Shown: positions 50,192 through 64,000, counted from the first letter of the stretch. The stretch is 64,000 nucleotides of DNA from Phoronis australis (GCA_002633005.1 NMRA01000247.1:327873-391872), one strand, 5' to 3'. Translations and numbers: made by a program. Notes: a model not told the origin generated them from the letters alone.

Positions 50192-53100
50192 TTAAACATA
50201 CAACCAAACACTATGTATGCAAGAAGGGAACACCAACTGCCATTTGGACCATGCTTCATAGTCAAATAGCAATTAATACAGTGGCAATTCTCTTTAATGC
50301 CCTGACATACATTGGATTGTGTTTGAAAAGAAGGAGATAAGCTTCGGAATCCGTGCCTTGGAGCTTGTGATTGAGGTGAAGGTCGTGCACTTCGAAAGTT
50401 AACTCTATATAATTTTTTCAAGGATCAGTTTGAATGCCACTAGTTATGATTTTGAAAGTCTGTCATTTTCAAATAAGCTATTCAATAGCAGAATCAATAA
50501 GTGTCAATGTTGGGTATGCAGTGAAGCTCGCATCTAGTTATGGCTCACTTTTAAATCATACCTTCATTCATTTCAAAGATCTGGAGAGCAGGTTTTCTTG
50601 TTCATGCACTCGGCCCTTCTCAATAACTCAGATTTCACCTTCTTGAAAAAATCTCTTGGTCCAGTGAAGCGCGAGCTTCACTGCATTTTCACCATGACTA
50701 ATAGTATTGCCAACCACTATACAATGGCAAAAACTTAATGACTTTGGAATGGCAAATTTTGTTAAATTCAATATCTGTAAACAGTAAACATTGCAACCAG
50801 TGGCTAACATTTTGCCTGATGAGGGTTTTGAACCATTGTGAAATAGTTAAATAAGTTTTTGGTTGTGTCTTACAGAAGATTATAGTGTTCTCTTCCAGTG
50901 TACCAGTGCAAGATTTTTGTGGACATGTTAGTTTTATGTTCCTGTTTTTATCCAGTATTTTGATCCATGGGCCTCAAGATTTTTCTTTGTTCTGAATCTT
51001 CTTGGTGGTAGCCTACAGGTATAAGAAATGAACATGTCATGTAAAGGCATAATTGGTGGTTTTAAAGAAAATGATGTAAACAAATACCTCTGTATTACAC
51101 TTTTGTTTTGACAGGAATTCTTATTTTTTAGGTGCATTTTAGAATGTTAGTATACAGTAGTGTTGTGACAATTAAACTGAATATTTATTGAAAACAAACT
51201 ATTTCTGAAAGTCGGGTGATTTTGTTTCACGGTATTTTTGTCATTTTCCTCTTCAAGTAAAGCATATTAGGTGAAAACAGCTGTTACTTTTTGTTGCGCT
51301 TATGTAAAAGTAGTTATAAGGATTATTTATGAGGTTAGTGTATTTTTTCCCAAAGTTTATTTGGTAAGTCAGCTATGGATTTCAAACTATGTTTTAAAGA
51401 AATTGTGTATTACCCTGCAGATTCTGTGCAATCTGCTCATTGTGTGGGAACAACACAAAATTAATCCACTGTGCATGATTTTTGAGATGGCAAGATGATG
51501 CGTTCTGGAAAATTTCTGGTTTTGCTGCTGTGAAACTGCGCTCGTCAAAGGCTAGGGCATTGCATTGGATATTTTGAATGGCCACTTCAATATCATTTCA
51601 TGAGAGAAACTTTTATGTAAAAAGTATTATGATTTTGAACATTGTTATGAACCCATTCAGTAATTGCATCACCAAAACTGATTTGCTGATGACAATTTAC
51701 AAGGCTGGTTTAACAGTGCGTTACAAATGCACAGTATGTAGGAGTTTTACCTACAAGCCATTTCCTGTACACGATATCGTTTCATGTTATAACTTGTCTG
51801 TTGGTGATTCTGTGCAATCATGTCAATGAGAGATATTGCAAATAAAGTTAATCATTGCTTTCATGTTCATCATTTTTGCTCAGTGGTCTCTTGGCTAAAA
51901 CTGTGGCTATAAGACACGTGGTACTTGATGTACCATCCCCATTGAGATTTCTTGGATATCAAATTGGAAAGAGAAATCGGAGAATCCAAGACCTGAAATA
52001 GTGTAACGTGTTCGGCATTTACACCAGGAACTTATCAAAAATGTCCTACGTGAGCCAGCATGTCCCAAAAAATCGCATCAGTGACGACACGTCACTTTTT
52101 TTCACATGCAGATACAGCTACGTGTCATCTACTTTATGTCAGCCATTATGTCAGTATTGTGCTTGTAATAAATTTTTGTTTGAATGCACGCTGAAGTAAA
52201 TCAACAATATCTACAAATGAAAACAAATTAGATAAGTTTAATTACAAGAGTTATTTACGTCACTTTGCAAATTTCAGTTCATACCGTCTTCAGTAGTTAA
52301 TGCAAAACAGCAAAAAAATCAAACTGAAATTTTTGCAAACTGGTGTTCACATTAGGATTTGTTGAGCATTAAACATAGCAACCAATATTGTAATGTAAAA
52401 CACCGAAAAAATCAAAAAAATGCAAGATAGTAAAATCTATTGGTCTATCAACACTAACCTTTAGCCCTTTAACATTAGTACATTTTTGGCCATCTTCCGT
52501 ATTCTTAGCAGACAAGGCGACTCCATGGTCTGGTGGTAGGAGTACCATACTGACAACCGAAAGGTCCAGTCTATTCACAGCAAAGAAATAATGCAAAGCA
52601 TTGAAGTGCACCTGTAATTGCACTGCAAACAGTACACTTGTTCATTAGTGTCAAGTAATACAAAAAAATAAAAAAGCCACCAGGGGACATAGCAAAACTC
52701 AAATTTGTCTGCCAAACAACTGTCTCGGCCAAATGTTAACATCTGTCAAGGAACTCGACAGAGAGGCATATGCAAAGAAAACCTAAATTACCAATAGGGG
52801 GCACCACAGTAGTTAGACTATTCCTAAAATCACCAGCAGGCATACTCTCCTGAACTGGAAGACATATATCAAATTTCCTGAAGATCCATCAAGGAAATTA
52901 GTAGATATTGAGGCATCATTAAGGCAAAAATGAATTTGCCATTAAATTGCGTCCAAAATCTATAGTTGTCATCATCTCTATCACAAAAGTACAAGTTCAT
53001 CCTCAAGGGCTCAATGAAGGCATCGGCAGCTAAGAGAGGCGGATGCCAATAATAGACGCAACAATAATTCTAAAAATGGCCACTAGGGCACGCAGAACAC

Positions 53101-53441
53101 ATCAAATCATCTGCTGTGTCAGCCACAAGGGGGCACAGATTATGTAAAATTTACCCGAAGATAGAAAGATGTCGGGCCTCCGTAATGTTCAATCAAGCTA
53201 TTTGCCAAAATGTCATGAAAATCCATCTAGGAACTAAATCTAAATAAGTTCATAAGGTGGGGTGAAACACTATTGTAATTTGGTGGCACAGAGGCAATTC
53301 AAATCTGTCTGAGAATTTGCTCGAGCCATCCCACCTATGATAGGAACAATAGTTAGCCTAATTTCAGTAAAACATATAGTGTGGATCATGCTTAAAAAGA
53401 TCGACCACCATTCTGTACATACCCCGGCCGTGTTCAATCCT

Positions 53442-53694
53442 CAGGGCTTGGAATGACCAATGACAAAAAACGCGGAAACTTTTATGGCCCAAATCATGCG
53501 CGCTACCCAGCCTTGAAATGGTCGACTGTGAACTTTTCCCCGACAAAAATCGGGAGGAATTAAAAAAAGAAAGGAATTTGCCGCGGAAATTTTATATCAA
53601 ATCCGTTTTTTTAAGCGGAAATATAATAAAATGCGCAGACAGAACATTTGAAAAAAGCGGAAATCCGCGTTTCCGCGCAAAATTCCAAGCCCTG
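53442..53694. mobile_element. Shorter member of the same hAT-like MITE family, 6-bp TSD
   Basis: Same TIR and shared subterminal sequence (gcggaaattt...agaacatttgaaaaaagc). TSD AATCCT at 53436-53441 and 53695-53700. Confidence 0.85.
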
Positions 53695-54525
53695 AATCCT
53701 TAAACAAACATAACACCTGAAGCGGTCCAGAGCAATGACTGACAGATCATGGCAACTAATAGGCTTGAGCTTTCAGAGGTAAATAGGCAACAATGTCACT
53801 GAATCAGTCCACCTCTAAGAAGGAGGTTAACCAATACAAAGCAGCTCAATTATTGGACTGATGGTTCATCAGCTAAGGTTATACTCCAAGTCAAGCTTTA
53901 CCTTAGGCAAGTAACACATTTTTTCAGGCAGATCTAATTTTAAGCGGCAATTCAAATGTCATTTAAAAATGGTTACATAAGCAAAGGTCCCCCACTCCAA
54001 GGGATCACTACTCCAAGGGTTCACTATTCTGAACATTCACTACTGCACGAGCTCTCTAACTTTGTGAAAACTTAGGGGGACAGCATAGTCTATTATGTGT
54101 AGTTTCAACGTGGCCATGCACATGGTTCCAGTGCAGTGCAGTATCGGATAAATTTTTCTATTGCATTGAAAAACAGTGTGACGAGATTTGTTGAATGTAT
54201 AATTTTTTGACTGGTTTATTTCTGCTTCAAAGATGATAAGCCTTTGTAATACTTATCTTTTATGTAAAAATGAAAACTAAATTTTATGGTCTGTCACATT
54301 GTGTCCTAAACTGATAAGATTTTACCATAACTGTGTCTTTAACGAAGTTGAGACTCTGAGGCGGCATGGCTCTCACTGTGGCATGCGCCAGAGATTAATC
54401 GAAAGGTCCGGGGATTGCAACAAGTGTCAGACAAGGTGAAATTATCCGCTCAGTCAAGTCTTCATTTAAAATCACATGCAGCACCATCTCTCAAAACTAC
54501 TTTGGAACCCTTGGTCTAGTTTTAA

Positions 54526-55340
54526 GGTCATGTAGGACCCTTTAACAAAGGACCAAATTTAGCTAACTTAATTCATTTGGAACATCCAAAATTGAGAAAT
54601 GGTTGATCAAATTCATACGACACTATGCTTTTTCACAGTGCTAAAACGGGTAATGAATTGCTTTTAATAAGTTAAACTTTTGCGTGAGGGACTATCGAAA
54701 ATGTGACTTTTACGATTCTCATAAAAATCTAAAGTTGCATAATGCAAAATTAACTTTTAAAAAACTGTCACAGCATTTTTGAGATCAAACATTTATATAA
54801 AATAAAAGTTGATCATGTTATACCATTATTTACCTATCAATGTACCTTTTGTTTTTGGTAAATTTTACTAAAAAAAGACTCAACATGGTCATGTGACTCA
54901 ATTAATGGCATAACGTGAAATGTTTGTGATAGAATCTCAGGGGTTACAGGGACCATAAACTGACACGCTTTTATCAGTGATTCAATAGTTTGTTACCCAT
55001 TCTGGCTGTTAAGGGGCAATAAACATGGTAATTACGCCTAGTATGGCAACGGAACTTAACGCCATCAGGTAATAGGCAGGGAAATCACATGTTACCGGCC
55101 AAACAAATGTTTGTGGTTTTCTCAGGAATTTCCACCGATCCGAAAATGAGGCGAGGTTTTTCGGATCGGTCTATCACGACCAAAACGCGTAACGGCAGAT
55201 TGATAAAAAGTTAAAAAATCAAATTCTACAGGCTTTTTACTTTGAGAAAATATGTATTAGTTATTGAGTTAAACTTTATAGTTTTTTGGATATTTAGGTA
55301 AATAAACAGACTTGGCAATATGTTTAGGTCCTACATAATC
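54526..55340. mobile_element. Second Kolobok-like element with related TIRs and TTAA TSD
   Basis: TTAA|GGTCATGTAGGACC ... GGTCCTACATAATC|TTAA. Confidence 0.65.
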
Positions 55341-56057
55341 TTAATGGCTCATCACAACATTACGGACCAAACAAAATTCACTGAATCCTTAACAAGAAGA
55401 TCCACTGTTGCTAACTAATGACTTAGGTATTCCACTTTGAAGACTTACGTGACCTGTCTGTATGGGACTTTGAAAGAAGGATATTTTTCTGTGTAAAAGT
55501 ATTGGACAAGATTTGTGTCAAAATCATATAAATAAGGCAGTCCAAAAATAGGTTTAGGAAAGGAATCAATCTCTCACATATTTTCCATAACTCTGGACAC
55601 ATAAAAATGCGCATTTATAATGAAACATCTGGGGCACTATCTGATTCAGAAACACGCCACTGAAGAAAATATAGCGATGATTAAAATTAAGGAAAAGGTT
55701 TCACGAATGAAAAATGCCCATCTTATCAGTAAATTAAAATGAAAAAGTTTGACCTTTTTTGACAAGTTCCCATAACACAATTTCGAATAAATTCATTCCT
55801 TACTTCAATGTAATTTTTACCACGATGTGAGAGCTGCAGTTTGAGGGGTCACTGTGCATCACAAGCCATAACAAAGGTGTGTAGCCCTAAATATATCTAC
55901 ACTACTTGAAGAAGCTGGATAAGCATTCAAGGGGGAAGTGAATTCATCTTGCAGTTCCATGAGACCAGTCAACAATTCATCTAGCAGTTCCATGACACCA
56001 GTCATCATTGGTTTGTACAAAAATTTCCCAAAACTACTGCCACAAGATTTTTAATCC

Positions 56058-59000
56058 TCATTGCTTTTTCTTTGGTTTCTTCACTCCTAGACGCGTTGAT
56101 CTGGATAGAACTGAAGATTCCATCGATGAGATGCTTTTTTTCTTTTCTTTTTCTTTTTCTTTCTTCTTGTTGAGGTAAAACACTAGAATACCCTTGTGTC
56201 TTTTACTGTCCTTTTTGAACTTCTTCACAAGATACATGTTGGCAATAAAAGCCAGGATTCCAGGAATTGTCGGACCCTGTAAAAGACAAAGAAAATCAAT
56301 TAATTTGTATTTCTAGTCATGTAAAATGCCTGCAGCTCTTTTGAAAGATACTGAAATCAACTCAAGATGCAGTAGATTGAGTTTTCCAATCATTTGAGGG
56401 TCGTTGAGGGTTGAAGGGCATGGCCTTTAATGTTTAAATCTTTTGAAAGCGCATGTTTTTAACATTAGGCAAAACCTTACGCTAACATGATTTGCACGTA
56501 AGTGGACAAGAAAGTGTGTACTGTTTACCCCAGAGTATCCAGTGAATTCCTCAGCAAATCTAAGGCTTGATGGCACTGTCATGGATTTTAGTGAGTGGTC
56601 GCAATTCGTGGGCTTGGATGAACATGTTCGAGTTTCAAAGTCAAAATGCGAACAATAATTAAGTTAGGCAAACAACCAACATGACATTTCAGCCAAAGCA
56701 TTAGGAATTTTGTCTTTGCAATGGCTTATATGACCGTTTAAGCAATGCGTGGGCCACATGTTTACATTGCTTTATGCTACCAATATTTTAAAACCTCGTT
56801 AGTGTTTAAAATTTAAAATTTTATTCTGAAAATTCCCCGGCTTCCATAAGGCCACCGTGCTTTTGTTTACATATCGTTCCCCAATCCAAGTATCACAATG
56901 CAAAATGGACATGATGTAAGCAAAGGGACTTGTGGGATTATAAAGTGGACATACATGTACTATATCACCAACAATTTGAGTATGAATGTTCAATCTAGAA
57001 CAAAGAAGAGCAGTGCAAAGTGTTGAAATGCACCCACAATGAACGATTAAATATATGTTTCAAGAAGTGCTTATCACTTTTATATTAGGTACAGAGAGAA
57101 AATAATTTGACCGCAAGGGGTTACAGCCGCAACATTCAAAATTGACCAAAAAAGTGTTGGCACCTCGCCTTTTAAATCTAATGTCAAATTAAAAAGTTTA
57201 AAAAATGATCGGTTTTCAACATTAGCAATAAAGAAATAAAACATGCCACGAAGGGACACAGCAATAAGCATACAAAAATTAGAAAGTCTAGTTTACTTCT
57301 TTAGGCAATGACTGTAGTTTTGATCAAGTCACTTACAAAACTACAACAATTATAGCAGTTAATAAAATAAAAGGGCTTACATAAACATATGGCGCGTTGT
57401 TTATGACACCATAGACACACCATGAGATAGCCCACACACCAGTAGGGTAGACAGTCACAAGGTGGATGCACTTGACACTGGAAGTCTGCAATGCTTGCAG
57501 CTAAAACAAGAACACTCACTCCTTTAAGAAGACCTTCAGCTGAGGATGGAAACATCCTTCGCAGCAAATGTTCAAATTTAGTATATCATTATCTGCTCAA
57601 CATCATTTTGAACAATAAAAAATCTATTCTGTTGTAATGCACTATACACAGTCAGTTAGCTGATAGTTTTCAGTCAGCTTGTTTTAGTAAGTCACTTAAT
57701 TGTTTTACACGCGTGATAGTGTAGGACAGAGGATCTACTTTTAACCATTGCCCACGGTGGCCACTAAGTGTGGTCAGTACTGTCAACATAAGATGATTAA
57801 TTATGCTGGTATTTTTTTAAGGCCAGTTAGGGAACCTTATATTATCCATGGTACATTACAGCTCTGCATCTGCAGAGAACCATGAATTATTATTAAGTTG
57901 TGTTCAGCTTATCTCGACAGTGTAATTGCTCAGATGAATATGTTAGACACTGTTCTCAACCACCATTGCGTGTAATTCAATTGAGAGGAAAGACTTTTGA
58001 ACTTTTTGAAATGCAGGTATCCTAAACTAGGTAATTTGTTAAGTTGTAACAGGGTTGAACAGTACAACCATTATGAAATTAATGTTGAAAAGAGCAACTG
58101 AAACCTTACCACATCATTTAGTGGGAGGGAGAAGACTACAAATGACAGAACAACAAGCAAGAAGCCCATTCCCTCGTGTCGCTCAGCGGCTGTTAGCCAG
58201 ACATTGTAGAGATAGTGGTAGAACAACATGAAGAATAGCCAAGTCAGTAGTAAACACGAGGCTGTCTTTGTCTGAAGTACAAATAACTGAGCTTTCATTT
58301 TAACGGTCATTTCCTTAGAAAATAGAAATACATTGATTTACATTCAAGTACTGTAATTCTCCATGCGTTGCCAAAATTGCTATTTCCAGTTTTTTATCAT
58401 TACCTTGCTGCATACAAAGAAAACTTGTTTTGCAGCATCTACACAGTTCAAACCATGCTAGCAACAGAATAACATGTTCTTAATCTTTATTTTTCTGACA
58501 AAAATTTGACAAAATCACCGCTTCACTCGTCCACCACATTTTGCTAAGTAGGTGAAGAAATTGCCACCTTATAACATTTCAAACGCCAATAAAAGTAATA
58601 TGAGAACGAATGGATTTTATGGCTCATGTGCGAGGAAATAATCTTTAGGCTAAAGTCCTACTATATTTGTTTAAATGAGAGACAGAAAATAGAAACAGAA
58701 TAAAACATACACATGAGCAACCATAAAACACAATTCACCAACTGCCTTGCAAAGTACAAAAAATATGGAATTTAGGGTATTTCTTTTTTCTTTCATACCC
58801 TCTGTGATTACAAAATGATTTGACGTTTCTAGAGATCTCCTGCAGTGTAGTTATTCAGTTACTAGTGCACCATGTGAGCAGAGGGTGCTGCAGGTTTTAT
58901 GTATGGTTAGGCTTATATGTGGAAAACAGCCAGACTTACCAGATTTTTGCTGTAGTAGGTATACATAATTATGTATGTAGTGAAACTGAATGTTCCAAAA

Positions 59001-61115
59001 CTCCCAATCAACAGTATCAGCTGGTTATCCAATAGACTCCCATAATGAAGGTATATCACCCACCTGAAACAAATAAGCACAAACAATAAATTATTGAAAC
59101 TATGTTGTATTGAGCACTGCTTTGGCACGTAAAACATTGCTGATTTCACAGTAAGATAAAAAAGAATGAACCAAGTTATGCAGCAGAAAATAACAGCCCA
59201 GATCCACAGAAAACAAGAAGTGTTAAAGGGGAGCTTGCCTTTTTGAAGGCATTTTTGGTCACTTTGATTTTTGCTTACTGTGAAAGATATTTGAGAAACT
59301 TTTACCGGGTAAGTCAATTTTGTTAAAACAAAACTAAACAAAAAAAAAAAATTTCACTCCAGAAGTTGTGTCTGCCATTGTGAGAAACTTGCACAATCCA
59401 AACACTAGTCTGATAGGCTGAATCCTTCTGTGGTATTATGTTAATGACTTTGTTTTGGCATAATTCAACGGCCTTGACTGAGCCTCAGGGCAGGTCTTCC
59501 AGCCAGTATACTACGCAAAAGCGAAAGAACACAGCTAACTCAACAGGCAGACATTTTCCAGACTTGATCACTGTATCCCACTATTTATATGAAGAGCTTT
59601 TTACTAATTTGATTTTTATAGAAACGGTTAAGAAATACCATTTACAGTAAGCAGAATTTATCCCTGAATTAATGAAAAAATACCTGCAAAAAGGGCTATA
59701 TTTGGCCCCTTTAAATTGCCTTATTTCATAATTTGCTTCTTGGTGATGAAACACAAAGTTAAATCAAAACACTAGGTATTGTATCAAGAATGGAATATCC
59801 CAAGATAATTGGCTCGAAACAGCTTTAATAATAGATGTGGTATTTGACTATATCTATATCGTTCAAATAATGGAACTGAAAACAATCAGGAGAAGAGTGA
59901 AATAGTTATCGTATAATAATCAGAGTCGAAACGAGAGCTGATGACTACTATCATATGTTTGAACTTTCCTTAAACGTGAGTCATTATTCTTTGATTACAG
60001 CTAAGAGATATCATAATTCATTTCTCTTAGAAGTAGCTGTATATAGCAAAGTTAAACCCAAATAATTCAGTGAACGATTTTTTGCAACAAGTGAAATAAA
60101 AACTCTAGAGATAACAGAGCAATGAGGCACATCAACTTGACAACCGAAAGACAAATGAGCAGAGCAGAAAACAAGAGATTTTTTAAGCATATAAATAATT
60201 AACAAACTTACCGTATGTTACATATAAATATTAACAAACTTATGTTAACAAACTTACCTTATGTTACCAACAAGATAAAATAAAAAGGGCATGTTTTTAA
60301 CCTTTTTGCCTCTGAACAGCTGTAAACACATGGGCCTACAATAAAATATGTTTGAAAAATCATAGCATGAAAAATACAAGTTGTATTTTGATTTTTTTTG
60401 CAAATTGCATGTCCTTTCTGTGATAAGCGATAAACTGAAAAGGTAAAGTCGAATAAGTAAAAAATATTCAGGTGGTCTGCCTGCTAACCAATAGGTCAAA
60501 ATTTGTTTCACACCATCATGACATCATTGTATTCCCGGCCTGGTCTAAAACAAATCCTGGGCTTGGAGCCCAGAGTCTTATCTCTGAACTCTGACTTGAA
60601 GCCTAACCATTCATGCCACATTATTTGAGTACAATTTTGTAAGTTTACTTAAAGTGTGCAATGCAATTGGTCAATTCTTGAGTGGAGTTTTGCGGAGAGA
60701 TGAGAGCATGATAGGTTAAGTTTTGAGCCTGAGTCTGAATTTAGAGGTTATACCTCAGCTGGGCCCAGTCTAAAGGAAAGTGCTACACAGTTGGCGAAAT
60801 ATCCTGTGAAAGGGCCACTGTTTCCAATAAATTACCTTGAAAATGTTCACAATAAGAATTTCAAGCTCTTTGAAAAGTCCTTTTCAACTACACGAATCTA
60901 CAATCGTATAAATATGTACACACAAATTTTCTATGTTTTAAAAACTTTGCTATTAGTCAGTGAACATACTGAACATATCTCAAAAGCTCTGATTTCTCAC
61001 GCACAATTTCATCCATCACAGTGGAAAAAAGAGGTACCCACTGACATTGTCTTAAAAGTAACTCACTTATCAATAATACCACTCACACTGGGTGAATCAA
61101 GAACAAGCACAGCAT
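56058..61115 (-). CDS. SLC50A1: SWEET / SLC50A1-like (MtN3/saliva) sugar transporter, divergent
   Basis: Exons: 60258-60335 (PMCLQLFRGKKVKNMPFLFYLVGNI), 58940-59063 (WVIYLHYGSLLDNQLILLIGSFG...YTYY), 58110-58271 (...GMGFLLVVLSFVVFSLPLNDV), 57381-57500 (LQALQTSSVKCI...ISWCVYGVINNAPYVY) and 56058-56276 (GPTIPGILAF..., Lys-rich tail). Internal exon sizes of 78/124/162/120 bp match vertebrate SLC50A1 as recalled. The first exon (61087-61115, MLCLFLIHPV) is tentative. Confidence 0.85.
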
Positions 61116-61717
61116 GACCTGTGCCTTTGCCGTCCGCCCTTTGTCTGATTTGTCAAATGAATAGCCCACGAAATCATCTCAAGCCCAAGGCAAGGCAACA
61201 CCAAAAAATAGGGATGCAAAAAGACAGATGCACTAGGTCTAGGAAGAGTCAAAATGAAAAGACAAGCGAAAAAGAAAATAATAAATGTGGAAGTTGGAAG
61301 TGCTGACCGGCACATAATCAGGTCCCTTCCGTCTTAGCCAATACTCAGCTCTAAGGGATTGGTTTACCGACTACCCCCGTCAGTGCTGCTTACGGCTCGG
61401 AGTGGCGGTTGCAGCCAGCCCGAAGACTTCGATGAAGTCAGATTTTTCAGATTTTTTTCTAACTTACACTGTAGAAATGATGACTGCAAACGCCCCCAGT
61501 GTCGTTCCAGCACCAAACACATCCACGAGAAGCATTACTTTACAGCACAGAAAACGCAAACATTCATAAAGACGGGGAACCTTCTGCTGTGCACCAGAAA
61601 ATCCACCACCTTTCACGCCACCTAGCAGACGGTTTGTTACCATGCAATAACAATATTAACACTTTGCAGGGAATGGCTTCTGACGCCCTGTAAAAGTATC
61701 CCTCAACAAAACGAAGA

Positions 61718-62126
61718 CCTGGGCCCGGTCTCCAATCTTTTTACTCGAAATGGAACTCGAAATTAGGTTTGGCATTTTCTACTCTACTTTTGGGCGAACT
61801 CAAGATAAGTGTCTATTATTCTATGCTCGAGTACACAATAACTTACGTAGATAATTTATTGCCCTTAGTTCACAGTTTGTAAACCCAATATTAAAGCAAT
61901 AAGTTCGAGTTTGAACTCGAAATTTCGAGTTTTTACTCGAGTTTGTAACACGAATATAAGGGTCTTCAAGGGAAAACTTGAACTAGAAACTCCTATGCAT
62001 AAACTATAATGTATTCAAGCACAGTCTGATAACCAATTATCTTAGGTTCGCACAAAAGGAGCAGAGAAATTGCCAAAAATAGTTTCGAGTTCGTTTCGAG
62101 TACAAAGATTAGAGACCGGGCACAGG
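61718..62126. mobile_element. Palindromic MITE (PIF/Harbinger-like)
   Basis: Long imperfect TIR cctgggcccggtctccaatctttttactcgaaa / tttcgagtacaaagattagagaccgggcacagg; repeated ctcgaaa/ttcgag motifs; CWG-like flanks. Confidence 0.65.
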
Positions 62127-63223
62127 CCAAAAGTTTTGGGTTGACCCGACAGGCATAAATTTGTTAGACTGGGGTAGAGGACAATCGTATTTACTCCCAG
62201 ATTCGTCAGGGCACTGAGAGACAGAGACACAGTGAATCCTGTGGAGAGATGAATCCAGAGAACAATTGTCAACTACCGGTGTGGGAATTGTCCTCGTTGC
62301 GGGGCCCCAGTTTTAAAAATACTGCAGCATGTGTCATCACTCTTGTAAAGGTTCCGAATAATTAACATGCAAAGATACTGAAATTTATTCAGATTCTTAA
62401 TTCAAGAAGACATGTTTTAGAGATTTAAAAGCTCCCCTCAAGTCAAAGGTCCGTCTGTTGCAAAGGATTGTGGAATCATCTATCGCTCCCTCTGCCAGCT
62501 GCAATTATCCCCTTACCACTTTAAATCTGGCGCTCAAACATTCGAGTAAGAAGAAGACGCAATTTCAAATTGATCGACAAAATCACGAATCATCTGTATG
62601 CAATATATCACAGCACAAAGATATTTGTTCTGAACAATCAAAAGACCTATACTGCATAAAAAACAACATTGAAATGACCCGAAACGAAGGATGATAGTTT
62701 GAAAAACTTAGGACTGCAATTAGTGAATTATGGAAAAACAAGATTCCCGTTGTTCCTGTCATGACAAAAATATCGACACTTTCGCACAATAGATCACAAG
62801 AGTCGGTATTTGTTTTACAAAACGTTATTTAGGAAATAATTTAAAGAGACCTGGAACTCGAAAAACATACAAAATTGCATTATTCAAAGTGGTTCTCTGC
62901 CACTGAAACAGTATTCAACGTGTTCACTATTTTTTTACGGTTTGCTCCGTAAAGATTTTCAAGGGGAAAGTGAATAACTCTGTATTAGACGTTGCGGGAT
63001 GGTACGTGTACATTCATCAGGAATTGTTAAAACTATACTTTTGGCGATCTCTCGCGTTCCATGCCTCTTTAAAATGAAGAGGCTACAGGTTTTTTGTGCG
63101 ACTCTCGCTGTGTAGATCGCTGTAGGTGGCAAAAATATTTCTTGGCCTTGTCGTCCTACATATCATAATTTTGTGGTTTTTAGGTGCTCAATTTATTTTC
63201 AACTGTAAAAAAAAGATTTCTTT

Positions 63224-64000
63224 AAAAAAAAAAAAAAACAGTGCAGGTGGTCTGATGTCATTTGCGGTGCATCAGACGTGCGCAGGCCTCATGGTTGGGC
63301 CCATTGCACAAAACACCTGAGCAAAGGCACGAGACCCCAATTATGGCTCCTCGTGAAGAAAGTTTTCAAGTCTGCCAGTCTCCTTTAGGAAAACGGACAG
63401 ACGTTTCCATTTGTTGCCATGCACTATATGTTGTAAGCATGTAACAATGCCATCCAGTAGGTTGCTCCTTAGCCTATAAAAAGCTGGGCAAGACTCTACC
63501 AGGTGTTTAGGAGATTCTACGTCAGTACCACACTCGGGACACACAGGGCTCCTCATATGCCCAGTAATGTGTCTGTGTCGGGCTAGGTTGCAGTGGCCCG
63601 TCAAAATTTGAATGACGTGTCTTATACCCAATCTATCTAGACTCAGAAGGCTTTTTGAACCTTTTGGTTCGATCACGTTGGGAAAATTCTCCTTGGTTTC
63701 TCGGCAGGAGTTAAGTGATGCCCACTGGGCTGCTGACTGGGTATGTACCCAGTTGCGTATACTCATCCTGCAACATCCGTAAGATACCGGGATAGCAGGT
63801 TCAGGCACAAAATGCAGAACGCTTGCTCCTATCTTTGCGAGTCTGTCTGCATTCTCATTGCCATCAATTCCCACATGGGCCCTGACCCAGCGTATATTGA
63901 CGGTTCTTTCAATTGCAAGCTTGTTAAGCTCATTAATACAAGCATTAACACAACGAGAGTTGACCCTTAGTTTCTTTAGGGCTTTTATTGCTGCCTGGCT
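63224..64000 (-). mobile_element. 3' end of a non-LTR retrotransposon (RNase H-containing, I/R1/LOA-like) ORF2 plus 3' UTR
   Basis: ORF open from the window edge to the stop at 63341: SQAAIKAL...WVRAHVGIDGNENADRLAK (RNase H), LTGH, then a C-x2-C...H...C zinc knuckle (CPECGTDVESPKHLVESC). A short structured 3' UTR follows. Confidence 0.9.

Overview
Eukaryotic (animal, probably marine invertebrate) genomic DNA with GT-AG introns and no prokaryotic features. Three host genes were reconstructed by hand from the sequence. (1) A minus-strand, signal-peptide-bearing giant cysteine-repeat (GCC2/GCC3, Ephrin_rec_like-type) gene. Its first 17 coding exons (38421 to 12006, about 1170 aa) splice into one clean ORF. 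After an intron that has lost both splice sites, its seven downstream ancestral exons are decayed, carrying stops, frameshifts or in-frame deletions. (2) A complete AF9/ENL (YEATS + AHD) gene on the plus strand, head-to-head with (1), with the two ATGs about 0.5 kb apart. (3) A divergent SWEET/SLC50-family transporter on the minus strand that lacks both conserved Asn residues. Introns and intergenic DNA hold many non-autonomous transposons. These include two inverted 1.7-kb copies of a TIR-less element bounded by CATG with a loxP-like end junction (possibly Crypton-like), hAT-like MITEs with 6-bp and 5-bp TSDs, Kolobok-like TTAA elements, a TA-flanked 2.2-kb element, a Harbinger-like MITE and a Penelope-like palindrome. 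The 3' end of an RNase H LINE and several minisatellites are also present. All exon calls and family assignments were made by eye or from recalled motifs; no database searches were run.
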